In this document: in pieces, positions 59,573-64,000 of the stretch | Numbering within the stretch: the stretch's first letter is position 1 | How the letters are laid out: every line of letters begins with the position of its first letter | From: Piromyces finnis finn | Taxonomy: Eukaryota > Fungi > Neocallimastigomycota | Assembly (NCBI GenBank): GCA_002104945.1 | Contig: MCFH01000004.1 | Location: 434,001-498,000 of the forward strand | Length of the DNA stretch: 64,000 nt | Reading direction: 5' to 3' | Translations under genes and position numbers: made by a program | The notes under the pieces: generated by a model | Seen by the model: only the letters and a program-made list of their open reading frames with translations | What the model was told of the DNA's origin: nothing | Databases searched by the model: none

Positions 59573-62500
59573 GCCATTAAATATTCCAATAAAAATGAAT
59601 TATAACTGCTTATTTGGTAGATATTATACTAGATATTATTAAAATATCTCTGCTTATTTGGTAGATATTATACTAGATATTATTAAAAATAAAGTATTAC
59701 CAGTAATTGCTGATAAAGATGAATGTATTAAGAATAACAAAGTGGAATAATAATTAATATAAATCACCAGAAAATTCAGGATATAAAATTATATATTGAT
59801 CATAGCCTTGTGTCTCATGACAAAATTTTATTATTTGATTTAGTATCGAAATCAAATCTTGTTCCTACATGGGTTAAAGTTATACGAAAGTACAAAGAAA
59901 AGAAAGAATTTGTTTATTTTAATATTACATGTAGACTAAACGAACAATGGAAAGGACAATTTCCTTCAAATTTATATATTTCTTATGGTTATGAATTACC
60001 GAGTTTACACAGACAATATTTTGATACTCCAGAAATAAATAATAAATTTTATAACATGTTCTAAATGTAATAAATCCATTAATATTCCATGTCAAAAGGA
60101 ATTAATAAATAATGTAAAATAAAAGTAAAAGAATAAACAACTAAAAATAATAAATAAAAATTACAATTACAAGGATATTAATATCTTTTCTCCTTTTCAA
60201 TAGATATTAACATGAACATATATCCATATTGTGTTTTTGATTATGTCTACAATTTATTTTATATATATCATTATTAAGATTTAAATCTATCAGACTCAGA
60301 TTATTATTTAAAAGAATAAATTGTTATTTTATTATTATTCATTATCTATCCGATAATTTCATTATTTAAGGAAAAGGAGAAACTATTTATTATTATTAAT
60401 TTTTTTAATTATACCAAAGTTTTTATATATCATCCATGAATAAATACTATTTATAAACTATTAAACTAAAATAATCTATACAAGGTTTTCCCCACCACCA
60501 CCGCTCTTTAATATAACGATAGGAAATCAAAATTTGATTATTCTTTTATTACAATAACGAAAGGTTTCATTGGCCTAAACTTTATAAACTTTTTTTTTTT
60601 ATTAAAATTCAAAGAGAGATCAAGTCTGTCATGATTTTTCTAATTCTTCAAATCAATGATAGATAAGGATAAACTAATCTCTTAACAACAATATAATAAT
60701 TCTCTTTAATATAAAAAAGATGAATTGAATACCTATCTAATCATTTTTTTTTTTATAATGAGAAAAATAAAAAATAAAAAAAAAAAAAACAAACTATAAA
60801 TTTAAAGGTGTTTTTAATTTAATCCTAAAAAAAAAAAAAAATGTGACTATTTTAAAATCTTTAAAAACAAACAAACAAATTGGTTTAAAGTGAAATATTA
60901 TATATATATATATATTTTTTTTTTTAATTATTTTTATTAAAGCGAAATATTATATATATATATTTTTTAATTATTTTTATTAATATCAAACAGTAAAAAA
61001 TATATATAATATTTTTTTTTTTTTTATTAATTTAAACTAGTAAATGTGATATTTTTAAAAACTTTGAATAAATTAAAAGTAACTTTAAAAAATAAAGTTT
61101 ATTCAATAATGATAATGATAAAAAAAAAACTTTTTAATTAAAAAAAGAATGAATCACTCTAGTTCTTTTTTATTCACACATTCATTTTTTTTTTTTTTCA
61201 TTATTATCACTATCAAAATTGATCTAACACATTAAGACTATTTTTAATCATTAATTCATTTTTATAGGATAGATTCCTCTATGTATAAAAATAGATAGTT
61301 ACTTTTTTATCCAGTAGATAAACTAATTTAATAAATAATAAATATTAAATTATATTTTTAGGTTATATAAAGATTAAAGATTAAGTTGGATAGTTACAGA
61401 AACATGAATTATTTGTTGAGAATAAAGTACATTATAAATTAAAAGAGTTAAAAAAAAAAAAAAAAAGAATACTATTGGAAATTAATTCCTATATAAAAAT
61501 TATAATATTTAATATTACATAAATTAAAAAAAAAAAAGCTTTATAATGTGATGTGAAAAAAAAAAAGAAAAAATAGTTAAACTATAACAATAATACTTTT
61601 TTTAAAGATGTGAAAAAAAAAAATATTTGATAGTAAACTATGGATAATTTTTTATAATAAAGTTTATGAATTTTATCACTTTTTCATTTTTATTTGTAAA
61701 GGAAAATGATTATCTTTGAAAAAGGTTTAGGTTAATAAAAAAAAAAAAAAAAAGAATTGATTTTAATTTCTATTAATCCTATTATACCTTTTTTTTTTTT
61801 TTTTTCACTTTACCATGATCCGATGTTTTATTTTATTTTTATTTTAATAATATTGGATTTTTTTAAAAAAAGTATCATTTAATAAGATTTTTAATCTAGA
61901 GGTGGTAACAAAAAAAAAAAAAAAAAGAATGACTTTTATTAAATTCATTTATTCTTTGCTTATTTATATTTATTTAACTTTTTGAATATATAAAAAAGTT
62001 TCTATAAATAAAAAAAAAAGATAACTCTTAGGATTAATAATAGTATTGATTAATATTTATTAATATAAATAAAAAAAAAAAAAAATAAAAAAATATAATC
62101 AAAATTAATAATAGAAAAAAGTTAATTAAAATGTGAAAAAAAAAAAAAAATCAATGGCTATTGATGTATATTTTTAAACCTTTTTTTTTTTAAATTAGTT
62201 TTACTTATTTAATAAAAAAAAATTTATTTATATTTATTTTATATTATTTAATATTGACATTTTATTAATAGAATGAATGTTTTTTTTTTTTTTTTTCCTA
62301 TTAAAAAAAGTTTTAATTTTTTTTTTTTTTTTTGAATAAATACCAGTAAAATTTACTTTTAAAAAAATTTTTTTTTTGTTTCTTTTATTTTAACAAATTA
62401 AAAAAAAAACAAAATCAACCTTTTTTTTTTTTAGAATTAAAAAAAGAAATCAATTTCTTTTCTTAAAAAAAAGAAAATCTTAAATAAATAGAAAAAAAAA

Positions 62501-62705
62501 AATAAAAAAAAACTAATTTAATAATAATAAAATATTATTAAAAAATAATAAAAAAATAAAAAATTAAAAACTATTTTCTAATAATTATTAAAGAAATATT
62601 TTTTTATTATTTTTTAATAATAAAAAGTTTATAAATTTCTATCAAAACAAACAAACAAAAAAACTATCTTTTTTTTTAAACCTTTTAAATATAATAAAAT
62701 AAAAA

Positions 62706-63142
62706 ATGGAATCTACTCCAAAAGCTAAAAAGGCTAATAGATGTGCTTTTGAAGGCTGTAATGCCCGTGTTGTAAAAATTATTGGTGACTGTAGATACTG
62801 TCAACAAAAGTTTTGTGGTAACTATCAATAAAATATTTTTTTTTTCCATAGCAATAGGCCTCTTTTCCTATCAATAGCTTTGGAATTAAAAAAAAGAGGC
62901 CTAGTGTTTTTTATATATTTATTTTAATTGAAAAAAAAAAAACATTGATGGATAATAAATTTCTTAATACTATAAAAAATATTAAAAATAAATATTTTTT
63001 TTTTCTTCCCTATAATTCAATAGGTACTCACAGATTACCAGAAACTCATATTTGTCCAAATTTAGCTACTTGTAAACAAGCTTCATTTGAAAAGAATTCA
63101 AATAAGTTATTAAACGAAAAGTGTGTTAAATTGAAGGTTTAA
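62706..63142 (+). CDS. Small AN1-type zinc-finger protein, two exons
   Basis: Exon 1 (62706-62817) MESTPKAKKANRCAFEGCNARVVKIIGDCRYCQQKFC and exon 2 (63024-63142) GTHRLPETHICPNL together give the AN1 Cys/His pattern. Confidence 0.9.
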
Positions 63143-64000
63143 ATATATCCCAAACCAATCTATAACCTTTGAAAACATAAACTTTTCCCTAATAACTATA
63201 TATCAAAAAAAAAAAAAAAAAAAGCCTTTTCAAAAAGTTATAACAAAAAAAAAAAAAAAAAAAACCCTAAAATCTAAATATATTTTAAACCATAGTTTTA
63301 TATAAATAAATCCAAAAAAATTATTGTATAAAATTTAAAAAAAAAAAAAATAAAAAAATAAAAAAGATTTTTTTATTTATTTTTATTATTTTTTGGGTAT
63401 AAAGTATTATTTATTTAAAATAATAATAAATAATTATAATGAAGAGAAAGAGTATCTATCTATCTATATTTTATATGTTTTTTTTTTTATAGACAAACAA
63501 AAAGTCAAATGTAGGTTTATCGTTTTGTGTAGTAATGTTTGTTTTGAAAAAAAGTGTATTTTTATTGTAGATAGGGTTCACTGATAGTAGAGAAAGTCAA
63601 GGAAAAAAAAAAAAAAAAAAAAAACAGCCTGAATAAAAAAGAATATTTTTAAAAAAAAAAACTAATTAGTAATGATTTTTTTTTTTTTTGAATGGAACAT
63701 TGAATTCCACCACCTCCACTTTACCACTTTTTCTGTGTAACATTTTTAAATTTTGTTGTAATGTACTTGCATTTTGTAATACAATTAAAAAAAAAAAAAC
63801 TTGCAAAGAACAACTAGTATCCCTTTTAAACTTTTATTTCTGTTGATGTGCCAATTTTATATCCATAACAAATAATAATAACAACAAGATAGTTGATAGA
63901 CAATGAATGTTTTTATTTTTTTTTTATTTTTTAATTTTATTATTTATAGTTTTAAAAATAATTATTTTTTTTTTTTTTACAATATTTTAAATAAAAAAAA

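Noticed and set aside
60070-62700. Long gene-free A/T-homopolymer region
   Set aside because: No ORF, RNA fold or repeat unit stands out from the background typical of these genomes.

Overview
This is a very AT-rich, intron-rich eukaryotic window, almost certainly from an anaerobic gut fungus (Neocallimastigomycota). The evidence is the fungal dockerins, a CE6 esterase, a CotH gene, flagellar genes and long A/T homopolymers. The first 29 kb holds a group of microtubule/flagellum genes: KIF6-type kinesin-9, a beta-tubulin, a DUF4515/BBOF1-like coiled-coil gene, DNAJB13/RSP16 and TPGS2. It also holds an ankyrin gene and a tandem pair of secreted Cys-rich proteins ending in KDEL and AGEL. The most striking feature is a divergent beta-tubulin whose last exon reads through the acidic tail, with no stop, into about 1,360 residues of Asn/Ser/Gln-rich, repeat-containing sequence (about 1,810 aa in total). 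The rest of the window contains tRNA-Trp next to a decayed LTR-like element, an ArfGAP, a poly(A) retroposon with a target-site duplication, a GPI-type CotH, and a CE6-CBM-2x dockerin gene. It also contains a decayed virus-type D5 primase-helicase, CPA1 with an organellar-type presequence, several pseudogenes and repeats, and an AN1 zinc-finger gene. All exon structures and family calls were made by eye, without database searches.
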